The translations under genes and the position numbers were made by a program. The notes beneath the pieces are model-generated. The model saw only the letters and a list, made by a program, of their open reading frames with translations. It did not search any database and had not been told where the DNA came from. This document shows, in pieces, positions 21,827-30,779 of a stretch of 64,000 nucleotides of DNA (position 1 is the first letter of the stretch; each line of letters starts with the position of its first letter). The stretch is from Pyrinomonadaceae bacterium (lineage in GTDB: Bacteria; Acidobacteriota; Blastocatellia; Pyrinomonadales; Pyrinomonadaceae): the NCBI GenBank assembly GCA_035563535.1, contig DATMVD010000010.1:186222-250221 (forward strand), written 5' to 3'.

Positions 21827-23209
21827 TCAATAAATGTTGAAGTTGTACTCCAGCACCACGTACTGCGAGACGGAGCGGCCGTCCTTCTGGGCGGGGCGGA
21901 ATTTGATCTGGCGGGAGGCGGCGATGGCCTTCTCGGTCAGGCCGTCGGGCAGGCCCTTGATGATGGTGATGTTCGTCACCGCGCCGTTGGCGGAGAGGAC
22001 GGCGCGGAGCCTGACCGTGCCGGTCACGTTGTTCTTGCGCGCCTCCTCGGTGAAGCCCGGCTCCGGCTTGTAGGTGATGACGGCGCGGGAGGTCACCTCG
22101 TCCGACTTGAAGGGGCGGGAGTAGTCAACGCCGCCGCCGCTGCCGCCGGGGCCGCCGCCGCCCTCGCGCGCGTCGCCGCCGCCCGTGTTGTAGCCGCGGC
22201 CGGGGCCGTAGCCCGTCCCGTCTCCGGAGCCCACGCCGCCGCCCGTGCCCTCGCCAATCCCGCCTCCTTTGCCGGAACCGGACGAGGGCGTCGAAGCCGT
22301 CGAGCGCGGGTCGCCGTAAGGCAGCGGCCGGTCGTCGGCCTTAATCAGCGCCGGGTCGGCCTGGATGATAGAAGGCACCGGCAGGTGCGCGTTCATCACC
22401 GGAGGCTTCGGCGATGGCGGGTTGATGGGCGGCTGGTCGAGTTGTGCCGGCGGGAGTTTACCCGCGGAAGCCTGCGTCTGCTCTTGGCGTCCGCCGCCGC
22501 CGCCGCCGCCCGGCTTCTCGTACTTCGGCTTCGAGCCGCCGCCGCGCCCTTCGTTCGTGCCCGCGGGGCCTCTGTCCGGCTGCGGCTGCTCCTTCGGAAT
22601 CTCGTTCTCGACGTAGCCGATGACCTCAAGGTTCACGTAAGGATTGGCGGACGCTACGTATCGCGCGCGCATCCGCTCAAGCGCGAAGACCGTGCCGAGC
22701 AGCAGCGTGACGAAGACGAAGGCGCTCGTCGTCGCCAGCGCGACGTTGCGCTGCGAGAAGAAGGCCCACCCGGCGCGGCCGTACGCCTCGACCGAGCGCC
22801 CAACGAAGCCGAAGGGGTCGCGCTTGAACTCGGGGAGCGTGAGCCCCGCCTCGCGCCCGACGGCCTTCAGCTCTCTGACGAGCCGCCGTGTGAGCCCCTC
22901 GTCCTCGACGAAGGTCAGGCGGTACTCGCCGCGCGCGAACTCGGGCCGCCCCCAGAAGTCTGTCCGAATCTCTTGTGCCATACGTCGCCTCAGTCTTTCT
23001 TCGTAGCCGTCCCAGAAACTTTCCGCCGGGAGAGACGTTTCGGCGGCCTCGTCGAAGACGCGCAGCGTCTCGGCCATCCCTCGGTACCGAGCCGCGCAGC
23101 GCTCGCAGCGCACGACCTCTTCGAGCAGCGCCTCGCGCGCGCCGCCCTCCACCTCGCCGAACAGCAGCTCGACGAGTGACTCTTCGGTCGCCTGGCAATC
23201 GTGTCTCAT
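21827..23209 (-). CDS. Anti-sigma factor with an N-terminal zinc-finger-like domain, fused to a TM helix, a Gly-rich periplasmic linker and a C-terminal TonB-like domain
   Basis: 460 aa from MRHDCQATEE (ATG 23209), 2 nt after the sigma-factor stop (TAGTGATG). Has a CxxC motif, one TM helix and a C-terminal TonB_C-like fold (YKPEPGFTEEARKNNVTG...VLEYNFNIY). Confidence 0.7.
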   Translation of the reverse strand: MRHDCQATEESLVELLFGEVEGGAREALLEEVVRCERCAARYRGMAETLRVFDEAAETSLPAESFWDGYEERLRRRMAQEIRTDFWGRPEFARGEYRLTFVEDEGLTRRLVRELKAVGREAGLTLPEFKRDPFGFVGRSVEAYGRAGWAFFSQRNVALATTSAFVFVTLLLGTVFALERMRARYVASANPYVNLEVIGYVENEIPKEQPQPDRGPAGTNEGRGGGSKPKYEKPGGGGGGGRQEQTQASAGKLPPAQLDQPPINPPSPKPPVMNAHLPVPSIIQADPALIKADDRPLPYGDPRSTASTPSSGSGKGGGIGEGTGGGVGSGDGTGYGPGRGYNTGGGDAREGGGGPGGSGGGVDYSRPFKSDEVTSRAVITYKPEPGFTEEARKNNVTGTVRLRAVLSANGAVTNITIIKGLPDGLTEKAIAASRQIKFRPAQKDGRSVSQYVVLEYNFNIY

Positions 23210-23211
23210 CA

Positions 23212-23820
23212 CTAACTCTTGCCGCCCGCCCCGAGCGGCAGCTCTTCGCCCACGCCCAGGGCGGCGCGCAGCTTCTCGACCGAGCGGAACAGGGACTTCT
23301 TGACCGTGCCCGCCGAGCAGTTCAAAGCCTCGGCGATCTCCTGGCTCGTCATCCCCTCTCGATGCTTGAGGAGGAAGATGAGCCGCTGCTGCTCGGTCAG
23401 CTCGCCGAGCGCGCGCATGACGCGCCCGGCCATGATCCGGTTGTGATAACCGTCCTCGGCCCTTTCGTCGGCCAACCCCCGCGCGAGCGTCTGCTCTTCG
23501 AGGAGTTCTTCGAGGCTGTCGAGCTTGACCCTGGTCTTCACCTCGTCCCGCGTTACCTCCTGCGCCCGCCTGTGGTTGAGAAAAGCGTTGACCATGATCC
23601 GCCGCAGCCACGTGTGGAAGCTCGACTCGAAGCGGAACCCTTTGAGCGAGCGGAACGCCTTGAGCCAGACCTCCTGCGAGAGGTCTTCGGCGTCCTCGGG
23701 CCGCCGGCAGTAGTGGAGCGCCAGCGCGTAGACGCGCCGCTCGTACTCTCGCGCGAGTCGGCAGAAGGCTTCGAGGTCGCCGCCCTGCGCGCGCCGGATC
23801 AGTTCGTTCTCGCTGGTCAA
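23212..23820 (-). CDS. ECF (sigma-70 family) RNA polymerase sigma factor
   Basis: 202 aa with a TTG start. Region 2 (DLSQEVWLKAF) and region 4 HTH (MTSQEIAEALNCSAGTVKKSL) are present. Confidence 0.85.
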   Translation of the reverse strand: MTSENELIRRAQGGDLEAFCRLAREYERRVYALALHYCRRPEDAEDLSQEVWLKAFRSLKGFRFESSFHTWLRRIMVNAFLNHRRAQEVTRDEVKTRVKLDSLEELLEEQTLARGLADERAEDGYHNRIMAGRVMRALGELTEQQRLIFLLKHREGMTSQEIAEALNCSAGTVKKSLFRSVEKLRAALGVGEELPLGAGGKS

Positions 23821-23838
23821 CGGTTAGAGTCCCCGGGC

Positions 23839-23859
23839 GAGCCCGCTCCCCGCGGGCTC
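23839..23859. promoter_or_regulatory. Perfect 8-bp stem hairpin (GAGCCCGC-loop-GCGGGCTC) in the sigma-factor 5' leader, about 18 nt upstream of the TTG start
   Basis: Seen directly. Function as an attenuator or RBS occluder is inference. Confidence 0.3.
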
Positions 23860-23978
23860 ACAGGAAAAGACACCGCGGCGCCGGATTCGGTTGGCGAGCG
23901 CCGCAGAAATTTTGTGCTCAGATGAGGAGGAAGGCTGGGAGGGTTGGTTTGGGCAGAGAACGCAGACTTATTACCTAT

Positions 23979-24056
23979 CGTTTAGAGGCGGGCTCCGCCC
24001 GCCGGCCCGACTGACATCGCAGGGCGGGCCGGCGGGCGGAGCCCGCCTCTAAACGG
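23979..24056. repeat. Family-C palindromic element
   Basis: CGTTTAGAGGCGGGCTCCGCCCGCCGGCCCG ... CGGGCCGGCGGGCGGAGCCCGCCTCTAAACG. Lies between the ABC permease stop and the sigma-factor promoter. Confidence 0.8.
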
Positions 24057-24084
24057 TCGTCGGTAAATTCAAACACAAACCGCT

Positions 24085-24825
24085 CTAAGCCACGTCGCGC
24101 CGCACGAACTCAAGGCAGCCGAGCAGCGCCGCCAGCGCCCCGCCCGCGCCGCCGAGCAGGAGCGCCGTCGTCAACCTCTCATCCTTGAAGACGTTCATCG
24201 GCAGCAGCCACGGGTAGAACTCGCCCGCCGACGCGCTCGCCGCAAAGAGCGCGAAGAACGTCCCGCCGATGCCGACGCCGAGCGCCACCGCGAAGCTCGA
24301 CCAGCGGACGCTGACCCACGTGTGGATGGCGATAATCAGCCACGCCGCCACCCAGACCAGCCCCGCGTACTTCGCCAGCCAGCCGAAGGGGACGGGGCCG
24401 GCGTGGGCCAGCTCCGGCCGCAGGCGCATGACCGCCACGCCGACCAGCGCGGCCAGCACGCAGAGGAACAGAGTGCTGGCGGCGGCCAGGCCCTGTGCGG
24501 CGACGAACTTGGCGAGGTAGACGGCGTGGCGCGGGACGGGCAGCGCGCAGATGTGCTTCCACTGCCGGTCGCCGTGCTCGATGCCGTTGAGCAGCGCCGT
24601 CTCAAGCGTGATGAGCAGGGGCATCATGAAGACCGCCCAGACGGCGAGCATGTTCGACGGCAAAGTCTCCCACAGCTTGAAGTCCGCGCCGAACTTCTTC
24701 GTCCGCAGCAGGGCGAAGAATTGCAGCAGCGCGACCAGCAGCGGCAGGACGAAGATGACGCGGAAGGCCAGCGTACGCCTCAGCTTCAGAAGCTCTGCGT
24801 GCAGCACACGGAGCAGAGGCATCAT
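24085..24825 (-). CDS. ABC-2 family transporter permease
   Basis: 246 aa from MMPLLRVLH with 6 predicted TM segments. Its start overlaps the ATPase stop (ATGA). Confidence 0.7.
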   Translation of the reverse strand: MMPLLRVLHAELLKLRRTLAFRVIFVLPLLVALLQFFALLRTKKFGADFKLWETLPSNMLAVWAVFMMPLLITLETALLNGIEHGDRQWKHICALPVPRHAVYLAKFVAAQGLAAASTLFLCVLAALVGVAVMRLRPELAHAGPVPFGWLAKYAGLVWVAAWLIIAIHTWVSVRWSSFAVALGVGIGGTFFALFAASASAGEFYPWLLPMNVFKDERLTTALLLGGAGGALAALLGCLEFVRRDVA

Positions 24826-25751
24826 GCGGCCCTCCTCGCGGCTTCCGGGCCGCCCGTCAGCGTCAGGAAGATGTCTTCGAGCGAGACCTGCGCCGGCGAG
24901 AGGTGGAAGACTTCGACGTGCTGGCCGACCAGCAGTCGGTTGACGCGGGCGGCCTCTTCGGCGGTCACGGCCGAGACGCTCAGCATCCCGTCGGGGCGCG
25001 TCTCGACGCCCCACCCGGCGGCCGTCAGGTATCGGACGGCTTGCTCCGTCTGTCCCACGCCGAGGGTCAGACGGGCGCGGTGCGCCGCCTGCAACTCGGA
25101 GAGCGTGCCCTGAAAGAGCAGGCGGCCTTCGTGGATGATGCCGATGTGGGTGGCGGTCTGCTCGACCTCGCCGAGCAGGTGGCTGGAGAGGAAGACCGTG
25201 ACGCCGAACTCCTTGGGCAGTCGGCGCAGCAGGTCGCGCATCTCGTGGATGCCCGCCGGGTCGAGGCCGTTGGTCGGCTCGTCGAGGATGAGCAGGTCGG
25301 GCTTGTTCAGCAGCGCCAGGGCCAGCCCCAGACGCTGCCGCATCCCGAGCGAATACTCGCGCACGCGCCGGCCGGCGTCCTGCGCCAGTCGCACGACCTC
25401 AAGCGCGGGGTCGATGAAGGCCCGCGGCGCGCCGAGCAGCCGGCGTGTGACTTCGAGATTCTCGCGGCCGGTCAGGTGCGGGTAGAGCGAGGGCGCTTCG
25501 ACCAGCGCGCCCACGCGCCGCATCAGCGCTCGACGGTTCGCGGCCAAAGGCTCGCCGAACAGGAGCACCTCGCCCGCGTCGGGCCGGATGAGGCCGAGCA
25601 GCATGCGGATGGCCGTCGTCTTGCCCGCGCCGTTCGGCCCGAGGAACCCGTAGATGCCCGCCTCCGGGGCCTGCAAGCTCAGGTCGTCCACGGCGAGCCG
25701 CGCCCCGAAGCGGCGCGTCAGCTGCCGCGTCTCAATCAAGTGTGTTGGCAT
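24822..25751 (-). CDS. ABC transporter ATP-binding protein
   Basis: 309 aa. Walker A GPNGAGKTT, signature LSLGMRQRL and Walker B LILDEPT present. Confidence 0.85.
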   Translation of the reverse strand: MPTHLIETRQLTRRFGARLAVDDLSLQAPEAGIYGFLGPNGAGKTTAIRMLLGLIRPDAGEVLLFGEPLAANRRALMRRVGALVEAPSLYPHLTGRENLEVTRRLLGAPRAFIDPALEVVRLAQDAGRRVREYSLGMRQRLGLALALLNKPDLLILDEPTNGLDPAGIHEMRDLLRRLPKEFGVTVFLSSHLLGEVEQTATHIGIIHEGRLLFQGTLSELQAAHRARLTLGVGQTEQAVRYLTAAGWGVETRPDGMLSVSAVTAEEAARVNRLLVGQHVEVFHLSPAQVSLEDIFLTLTGGPEAARRAA

Positions 25752-25759
25752 CTTTGCCT

Positions 25760-25790
25760 CTTACCAAACAGAACCGCGAACGGTGTTGGG
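25760..25790. repeat. Short hairpin (AACCGCGA ... TCGCGGTT), a family-D-like mini element between the beta-lactamase-fragment gene and the ABC ATPase start
   Basis: 8-bp stem seen directly. Confidence 0.4.
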
Positions 25791-25803
25791 CGCGTCGCGG
25801 TTA

Positions 25804-26355
25804 TCAGCGCTCGCTCACCCGCGTGAACCTGAAGTTGCGGATCAGCGGATTGCTGTAGTCGAAGGCCGAGACTTTCCCGGCACTGTCCCGAACGAAGCGT
25901 ATGGTCACCGGGCCTATCTGAAAGGTGTCGCGGTAGACGGGCTTCAACTCGGAACCCTTGCCTCCCGAACCCTCCCGGTGGAACATCAGGCTGCCCTGTC
26001 CGGCCACGACCTTGAAGACCGAGCCGACCTCGTCGCTTTCATACCGGCCCGCGAAGGCTTGCAGGTCGGCCGCGGCGACGAACTGCTTCCGCACCGACCC
26101 GATGTCGAGGATCGAGTTCGGGCTCAAAGGAACGTCGCGCTCGAGGTCGGCCGAGCCGTAAGCGCGGTTTACGACCAGCTTCCCGCGCTGCGAGACGGCG
26201 ACCGCGGACCCGGGCGTGGAGGGAGTGGCCCAGCCGAAGACCCTGTCGATCTCGCCGGTCTTGTCCTGCGCGTAAGCCCGCGCGCCGACAAGCAGGGCGA
26301 CGACCACGAACGATACGAGAAGGGGAAAGCGTCTATTTTTAGCGAGGTACTTCAT
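25804..26355 (-). CDS. Truncated beta-lactamase/serine-hydrolase family protein: signal peptide plus an SxxK-motif N-terminal segment joined directly to a DUF3471-like C-terminal module. Possibly a degenerate or domain-deleted gene.
   Basis: 183 aa. Contains NRAYGSADLERDVPLSPNSILDIGSVRKQF (class C/PBP-like N-terminus with SVRK). The rest of the catalytic domain (YxN, KTG motifs) is absent. Confidence 0.45.
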   Translation of the reverse strand: MKYLAKNRRFPLLVSFVVVALLVGARAYAQDKTGEIDRVFGWATPSTPGSAVAVSQRGKLVVNRAYGSADLERDVPLSPNSILDIGSVRKQFVAAADLQAFAGRYESDEVGSVFKVVAGQGSLMFHREGSGGKGSELKPVYRDTFQIGPVTIRFVRDSAGKVSAFDYSNPLIRNFRFTRVSER

Positions 26356-26422
26356 TCACTTCCTCATTTCAGTATTTTCCAAGAGTCCATACCTGGAGCA
26401 GTCTGCCGATCAGTTCAACCCC

Positions 26423-26501
26423 CTGTTTAGAGGCGGGCTCTGCCCGCCGGCTCAAGCTGCGATGTATCGCGCTCCGGCGGGCAGAGCCCGCCTCTAAACG
26501 G
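26423..26501. repeat. Family-C palindromic element
   Basis: CCTGTTTAGAGGCGGGCTCTGCCCGCCGGC ... CGGCGGGCAGAGCCCGCCTCTAAACGG. Confidence 0.8.
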
Positions 26502-26784
26502 TAGAAGGTAAGCTACGGACGGACAGTAGAAGCTCACCGAAGCACAACTCACGAAGAGTAGGCGATGCCCACGCAGGCGCACGCCCGCCGCTCATCGACC
26601 CGTGGTGCTTTGAGGGGATACTCTGTGTTCTGTGGACGGGGGCGACGTGGAGCGCCCCCGAGGTACGGCTCGTTACGAGTGCGTGGGTGAGACTGGGCGC
26701 GGCGAGGGGGCGGAGCTTATGGTTCCGGGCTCGTTTGAAGTAACCCGGAAACGCTCGCCGCCGCCCCCTGTTCCGTGTGCGGTC

Positions 26785-28500
26785 TTACTCCGCGCCGCCT
26801 TCCTTCTTCTGCTCCTCGCCGCCGAGCCTTGACGAGACGGCCGTCAGCAGGCGCGGGAAGGTGCCGAGCGGCGTGCGGCTCTCGACGTAGAAGCCGTCCG
26901 CGCGCGTCACGCCGAAGGCGAAGCTCGGGCGCAGGTTGGCGATCTGACCCTCAGTCTTGAAGGTCTGCTCGCCGCCCTGGAGCGTGCGGCCGAGGCGGTT
27001 GAGGTAGTCGGAGTTCGTGTTGAAGTAGACGAACTGCGCCGGCCCCTGCAACCGCGCCGCGGCCGACTGGTAGGCCGCGCTGTCCTTCAGAGAGCGTCCG
27101 CCCTGCGCCGTGTCGATGACCCGCTCGACGTTCTCGGGCCTGCCGCTCCCGACGAAGTTGCCGCCCACGAAGGCGTACTCGAGCCCGCGACCCTCCTTGC
27201 CCGCGACGCGGCGCACCTTCACGCCCTTGTACTCGCGCTCGGTCGTCTCGCGCCCGTTCTTCTCGGCGAACTTCGCCAGCGCGCCCGCGAACGCCGCCTC
27301 GTCCTTCAGGTTGACGAGGATGACGCCGCTCGGCCCCCCCTCGGAGCCGACCGCGGTCAACTGCGCCACGCAGACCTCTGTGCCGACCGCGCCCACGACC
27401 TCCGAGCGGAAGTCGATGCCGGTCTTCTCGGTGAACAGGGCGAGCCCCTCTTCGGGCCCCTTCTTGCCCGCCTGGTTCGAGATGGCGGAGGCGAGCGCGA
27501 ACATCTGGTCGAAGGTCTGCGGCGCGTTGGCGACCGAGGCGTCGAACGCCTGCACGGCCGTCTCCGGCACGAGCGCGAGCAGCCTCGCCTCGGTCGGCGG
27601 GTTCGCGGCGATTGTGGCGAGCACGCCCTCGCGCGTCGGGGCGACGACCTGGAAGCGCTCGACGACGCGGCCGTCCTCGAACGCCGAGGTGAACGAGGCC
27701 GACTGCACGCTCGCCGCGCCGAGGCCGTGGAAGAGCTGGCGGAAGGCCGCGACGCGCTCGGCCGCCTTCTCGTCGCCGCCCACCTGCGCGTTGTCCACAA
27801 TCGCCGTCAGCGCCGCGCCGTCGAGGTAGCCGAACATGCCGTCCACCGCGCCGGAGCCCGCGCGCGCCTGCTTGAACTTCTCGCTCGTTTCGAGCGAGGG
27901 CGCCCGGCCCGCGCGCACGTCGAGCACGCGCCGGACGGCCGCGTCGGTGTTCGAGACGACGAGCAGCGAGTCCTTCGCCGCGTAGGTGAAGCGCTGGACC
28001 CCGAGCCTCTTGACCGTGACGACGCGCACGCCGTCCACCTCCTCGGTCTTGGCCTCGACGCCCTTCGACTTGCCGTCCTTGACGAAGCGCAGCACGCGGT
28101 TCTCGAAGGTGTAGCGCGAGTCCCAGTCGTCGAACTGCCCGACGATGACGAACTGCGGCGCGGGCTTGCCGTCCTCGGTCTGCGAGACGCCCAGGAGCGC
28201 CAGGGCGTAGCTCGCGTCGAGCGTGCCGGCGTGGTTGGCCCCGATCATGAAGAGCGAGCTGGCCGCCGAGTTCTCGCGCGAGAACTCGCGCCACGCCTCG
28301 CTCTCGATGACCTTGAGCGCCTGCGCGCGCAGGTCGTTGACCTCGACGAAGCCGACCGTGTCGGCCGGCAGCAGCCGCTCCAGCCGCGGGTTCTCGGCCT
28401 TCGTCGGCCGCGCGATCTCCACCGCCGCCGCCACGCCAACGATCAAGAGCACCGCCGCCGCAAACAGTATGAAACCTTTGCTCTTCAGTCTTTCCATCAT
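26785..28500 (-). CDS. Membrane-anchored hypothetical protein (DUF3352-like)
   Basis: 571 aa from MMERLK. GGAGG lies immediately upstream and there is an N-terminal TM helix. The family assignment is from memory. Confidence 0.55.
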   Translation of the reverse strand: MMERLKSKGFILFAAAVLLIVGVAAAVEIARPTKAENPRLERLLPADTVGFVEVNDLRAQALKVIESEAWREFSRENSAASSLFMIGANHAGTLDASYALALLGVSQTEDGKPAPQFVIVGQFDDWDSRYTFENRVLRFVKDGKSKGVEAKTEEVDGVRVVTVKRLGVQRFTYAAKDSLLVVSNTDAAVRRVLDVRAGRAPSLETSEKFKQARAGSGAVDGMFGYLDGAALTAIVDNAQVGGDEKAAERVAAFRQLFHGLGAASVQSASFTSAFEDGRVVERFQVVAPTREGVLATIAANPPTEARLLALVPETAVQAFDASVANAPQTFDQMFALASAISNQAGKKGPEEGLALFTEKTGIDFRSEVVGAVGTEVCVAQLTAVGSEGGPSGVILVNLKDEAAFAGALAKFAEKNGRETTEREYKGVKVRRVAGKEGRGLEYAFVGGNFVGSGRPENVERVIDTAQGGRSLKDSAAYQSAAARLQGPAQFVYFNTNSDYLNRLGRTLQGGEQTFKTEGQIANLRPSFAFGVTRADGFYVESRTPLGTFPRLLTAVSSRLGGEEQKKEGGAE

Positions 28501-28516
28501 GAACCTCCGTTAAGAC

Positions 28517-28596
28517 CGTAAACCGTGACAAGTTAATGAGCCGTTAATCATGACCCGCGATTAGAGAAAGACAGTTCTTTCCTGTCACGGTTTACG
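28517..28596. repeat. Family-A palindromic element (single-unit arms CGTAAACCGTGACAAG / CCTGTCACGGTTTACG, 43-nt loop)
   Basis: Lies between the ABC-2 permease stop (28608) and the DUF3352 start (28500). Confidence 0.7.
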
Positions 28597-28607
28597 CGCT
28601 ATCACTC

Positions 28608-29408
28608 CTACCTCATCTCCTTGCGCGCGAAGACGTACTGCGACGCTAAGTACAGGCCCGCCGAAATCATCAGCATGGCGAGGATCGGCATGACTTCGAG
28701 CCGGCCGTATAACTCCAGGTTGATGTTGTCCGAGCTGGGCGCGGCCTTGCTGATGACCCAGTCGATGAGGTTGCTGCCGAAGAAGTAGAACATCAGGACG
28801 AGCGAGACGGCCCCGGCGATGACCGCGATCCACCACTTCTCGAACCAGACCGAGAAGAGGAACGTCCCCGAGTAGACCATCAGGGCGATGACCGTCGTCC
28901 ACACGGCCCCCCGCGCGCCGTTCGCCACGACGAGCGCGAACGTCTCCCACGACCCGGCCAGCGTGACGTTGGTCGCGGCCGCGGCCACCACCAGGTAGAC
29001 GGCCGTCAGCGTCGTCAGCAGCGAGAGCCCGACGCACGTCGTCGTCTGCACCGCCCCCACGGCATACTTGAAGAGGAGAATCTGCCAGCGGTGGACGGGG
29101 CGCTCGAAGAGGAAGAACATGCTCTGGTTGTCCAGCTCCGCGCCGATGGAGCCGACCGCGAAGAAGGCCAGCAGGAAGAGCCCCGCCGTGATGAGGAAGC
29201 CCGACTGGAAGACGAGCGCGAACTCGAAGGCGTACGCCACCACCGAGTCCGAGAGCGCGTAGAGGTCGAAGCGCGCCTCCTCGCGGAAGGCCATGACCAG
29301 CGTCGCGATGCAGAGCGGGATGTGAAACGCGACGGCGAACGCCAGCCACTTCCAGCGCGTCTCGCGCCACTCCTTCCAGAGCATCGCCTTGAGGATGTTC
29401 TTCGTCAC
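28608..29408 (-). CDS. ABC-2 family transporter permease
   Basis: 266 aa with a GTG start overlapping the ATPase stop (GTGA). GGAGGG lies 7 nt upstream. 6 TM segments. The 476-aa track ORF is a read-through. Confidence 0.75.
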   Translation of the reverse strand: MTKNILKAMLWKEWRETRWKWLAFAVAFHIPLCIATLVMAFREEARFDLYALSDSVVAYAFEFALVFQSGFLITAGLFLLAFFAVGSIGAELDNQSMFFLFERPVHRWQILLFKYAVGAVQTTTCVGLSLLTTLTAVYLVVAAAATNVTLAGSWETFALVVANGARGAVWTTVIALMVYSGTFLFSVWFEKWWIAVIAGAVSLVLMFYFFGSNLIDWVISKAAPSSDNINLELYGRLEVMPILAMLMISAGLYLASQYVFARKEMR

Positions 29409-30334
29409 GAGTTCGCCCTCCGCTCGCGCTCCGCGCGCACAGTGTTCACGAAGATGTCTTCCAGGGAGATGGGCAACACCTCCGGGTTCTTCACGCCGCG
29501 CTCGCTCAGAGTCCGCAGCGTCTCGTCGCCCCACGTGCTGACCATCAGCACCTGCTCGTGCCGCCCGTTCTCGACGGCCAGCACGCCGGGGACGCCCGCC
29601 ACCTCGGGCCGCGTCCCGTTCGTCGCGTAGCGCACGCGCTTGTAGCTGGCCTTGATGTCGTCGAGCGTGGAGACGAGCAGCAGCTCGCCCTCGTTGATGA
29701 TGCCGACGTAGTCCGCCACGCGCTCGACCTCTTCGACGATGTGCGACGAGAAGAGGACGGTCTTCCCCTCGTCCGCGATCTCGGTGACGATGTTCTCGAT
29801 GAAGTCGCGGCGGACGATGGGGTCGAGGCCCGAGGTCGGCTCGTCGAGGATGATCAGCTCCGGGTTGAAGGAGAGCGCGAGCAGCAGGCAGAGGCGCGCG
29901 CGGTTGCCGCGCGAGAGCTGGCGCACCTTCTTCTCGGGCGGGAGGCTGAAGCGCTTCAGGAGGTCTGAAGCCTTCCTGTCGTCCCACGTCCCGTGGAAGG
30001 CGCGCGTGAAGCGCACGCTCTCTTCGACCGTCATCCACTCGTAGAGGTAGCGGTTCTCCGAGACGTACGCGACCCGGCTCCGTATGCCGAGCAGGTCTTC
30101 GCCGAGCGCGCGGCCGAGGACTTTAATCTCGCCGGTCGTCGGCCGCAGGTGGCCCATGACCATCTTGATGATGGTGGACTTCCCCGCCCCGTTCACGCCG
30201 AGCAGGCCGAAGACCGTCCCCCTCGGCACGCGCAGGGAGACGTTCTTCACGGCCTCGAACTTCCCGAACTTGCGCCCGAGGTTCCGCGTCTCGATGGCGT
30301 TGTCTTCCAATACGTTATCGAAGTCTAGGGTCAT
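29405..30334 (-). CDS. ABC transporter ATP-binding protein
   Basis: 309 aa. Walker A GVNGAGKST, signature LSRGNRARL and Walker B LIILDEPTSGLD present. Confidence 0.85.
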   Translation of the reverse strand: MTLDFDNVLEDNAIETRNLGRKFGKFEAVKNVSLRVPRGTVFGLLGVNGAGKSTIIKMVMGHLRPTTGEIKVLGRALGEDLLGIRSRVAYVSENRYLYEWMTVEESVRFTRAFHGTWDDRKASDLLKRFSLPPEKKVRQLSRGNRARLCLLLALSFNPELIILDEPTSGLDPIVRRDFIENIVTEIADEGKTVLFSSHIVEEVERVADYVGIINEGELLLVSTLDDIKASYKRVRYATNGTRPEVAGVPGVLAVENGRHEQVLMVSTWGDETLRTLSERGVKNPEVLPISLEDIFVNTVRAERERRANS

Positions 30335-30353
30335 GACTCTCTCTCGTGATGCC

Positions 30354-30761
30354 TCACCTGCCGACCGCCTCGGGCGCGTGCGCGTTCAGAATCTTTTCGA
30401 GTACGCGCTCGAACGCCTGGCGCAGCTCGCGCTCCGTCAGCCCGAGGTTGACGCCCTCGACCAGGGCCTTTTCGAGCAGCTCGTTCAAGACCCGCCGGCG
30501 CTCGCCCTTCGTCATCTCGACGCCCTGGCCTGAGACGAACGTGCCCGCGCCCTGCCGCTTGTAGATGACGCCCTCAATCTCAAGGTCGAGGTAGGCGCGC
30601 GCCACCGTGTTCGGGTTAACCGCCAGCTCGACCGCCAACTGCCGAACGGACGGCAGCGGGTCCTCCGGCTGAAGCCGCCCCATGGCGACCGCCGTCTTAA
30701 TCTGCTGAGCGATCTGGATGTATATCGGCAGACCGCTCGACGGGTCGATGTTTATGAACAA
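30354..30761 (-). CDS. GntR-family transcriptional regulator (short, YtrA-like, HTH only)
   Basis: 135 aa. N-terminal winged HTH (LPSVRQLAVELAVNPNTVARAY). Confidence 0.85.
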   Translation of the reverse strand: MFINIDPSSGLPIYIQIAQQIKTAVAMGRLQPEDPLPSVRQLAVELAVNPNTVARAYLDLEIEGVIYKRQGAGTFVSGQGVEMTKGERRRVLNELLEKALVEGVNLGLTERELRQAFERVLEKILNAHAPEAVGR

Positions 30762-30779
30762 CTCTCCCCCCGACCGCGA

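Noticed and set aside
21827-23611. Interpreting the two TonB-C genes as canonical TonB energy transducers
   Set aside because: They lack the ExbB/ExbD partners nearby and the proline-rich rigid spacer typical of TonB. One is fused to an anti-sigma head and coupled to an ECF sigma factor. Called TonB-C-domain proteins instead.
26951-28531. 526-aa minus-strand ORF overlapping the DUF3352 gene in another frame, and 27727-28521 plus
   Set aside because: Alternative-frame artefacts. The chosen frame has a TM anchor, a Shine-Dalgarno sequence and coherent composition.
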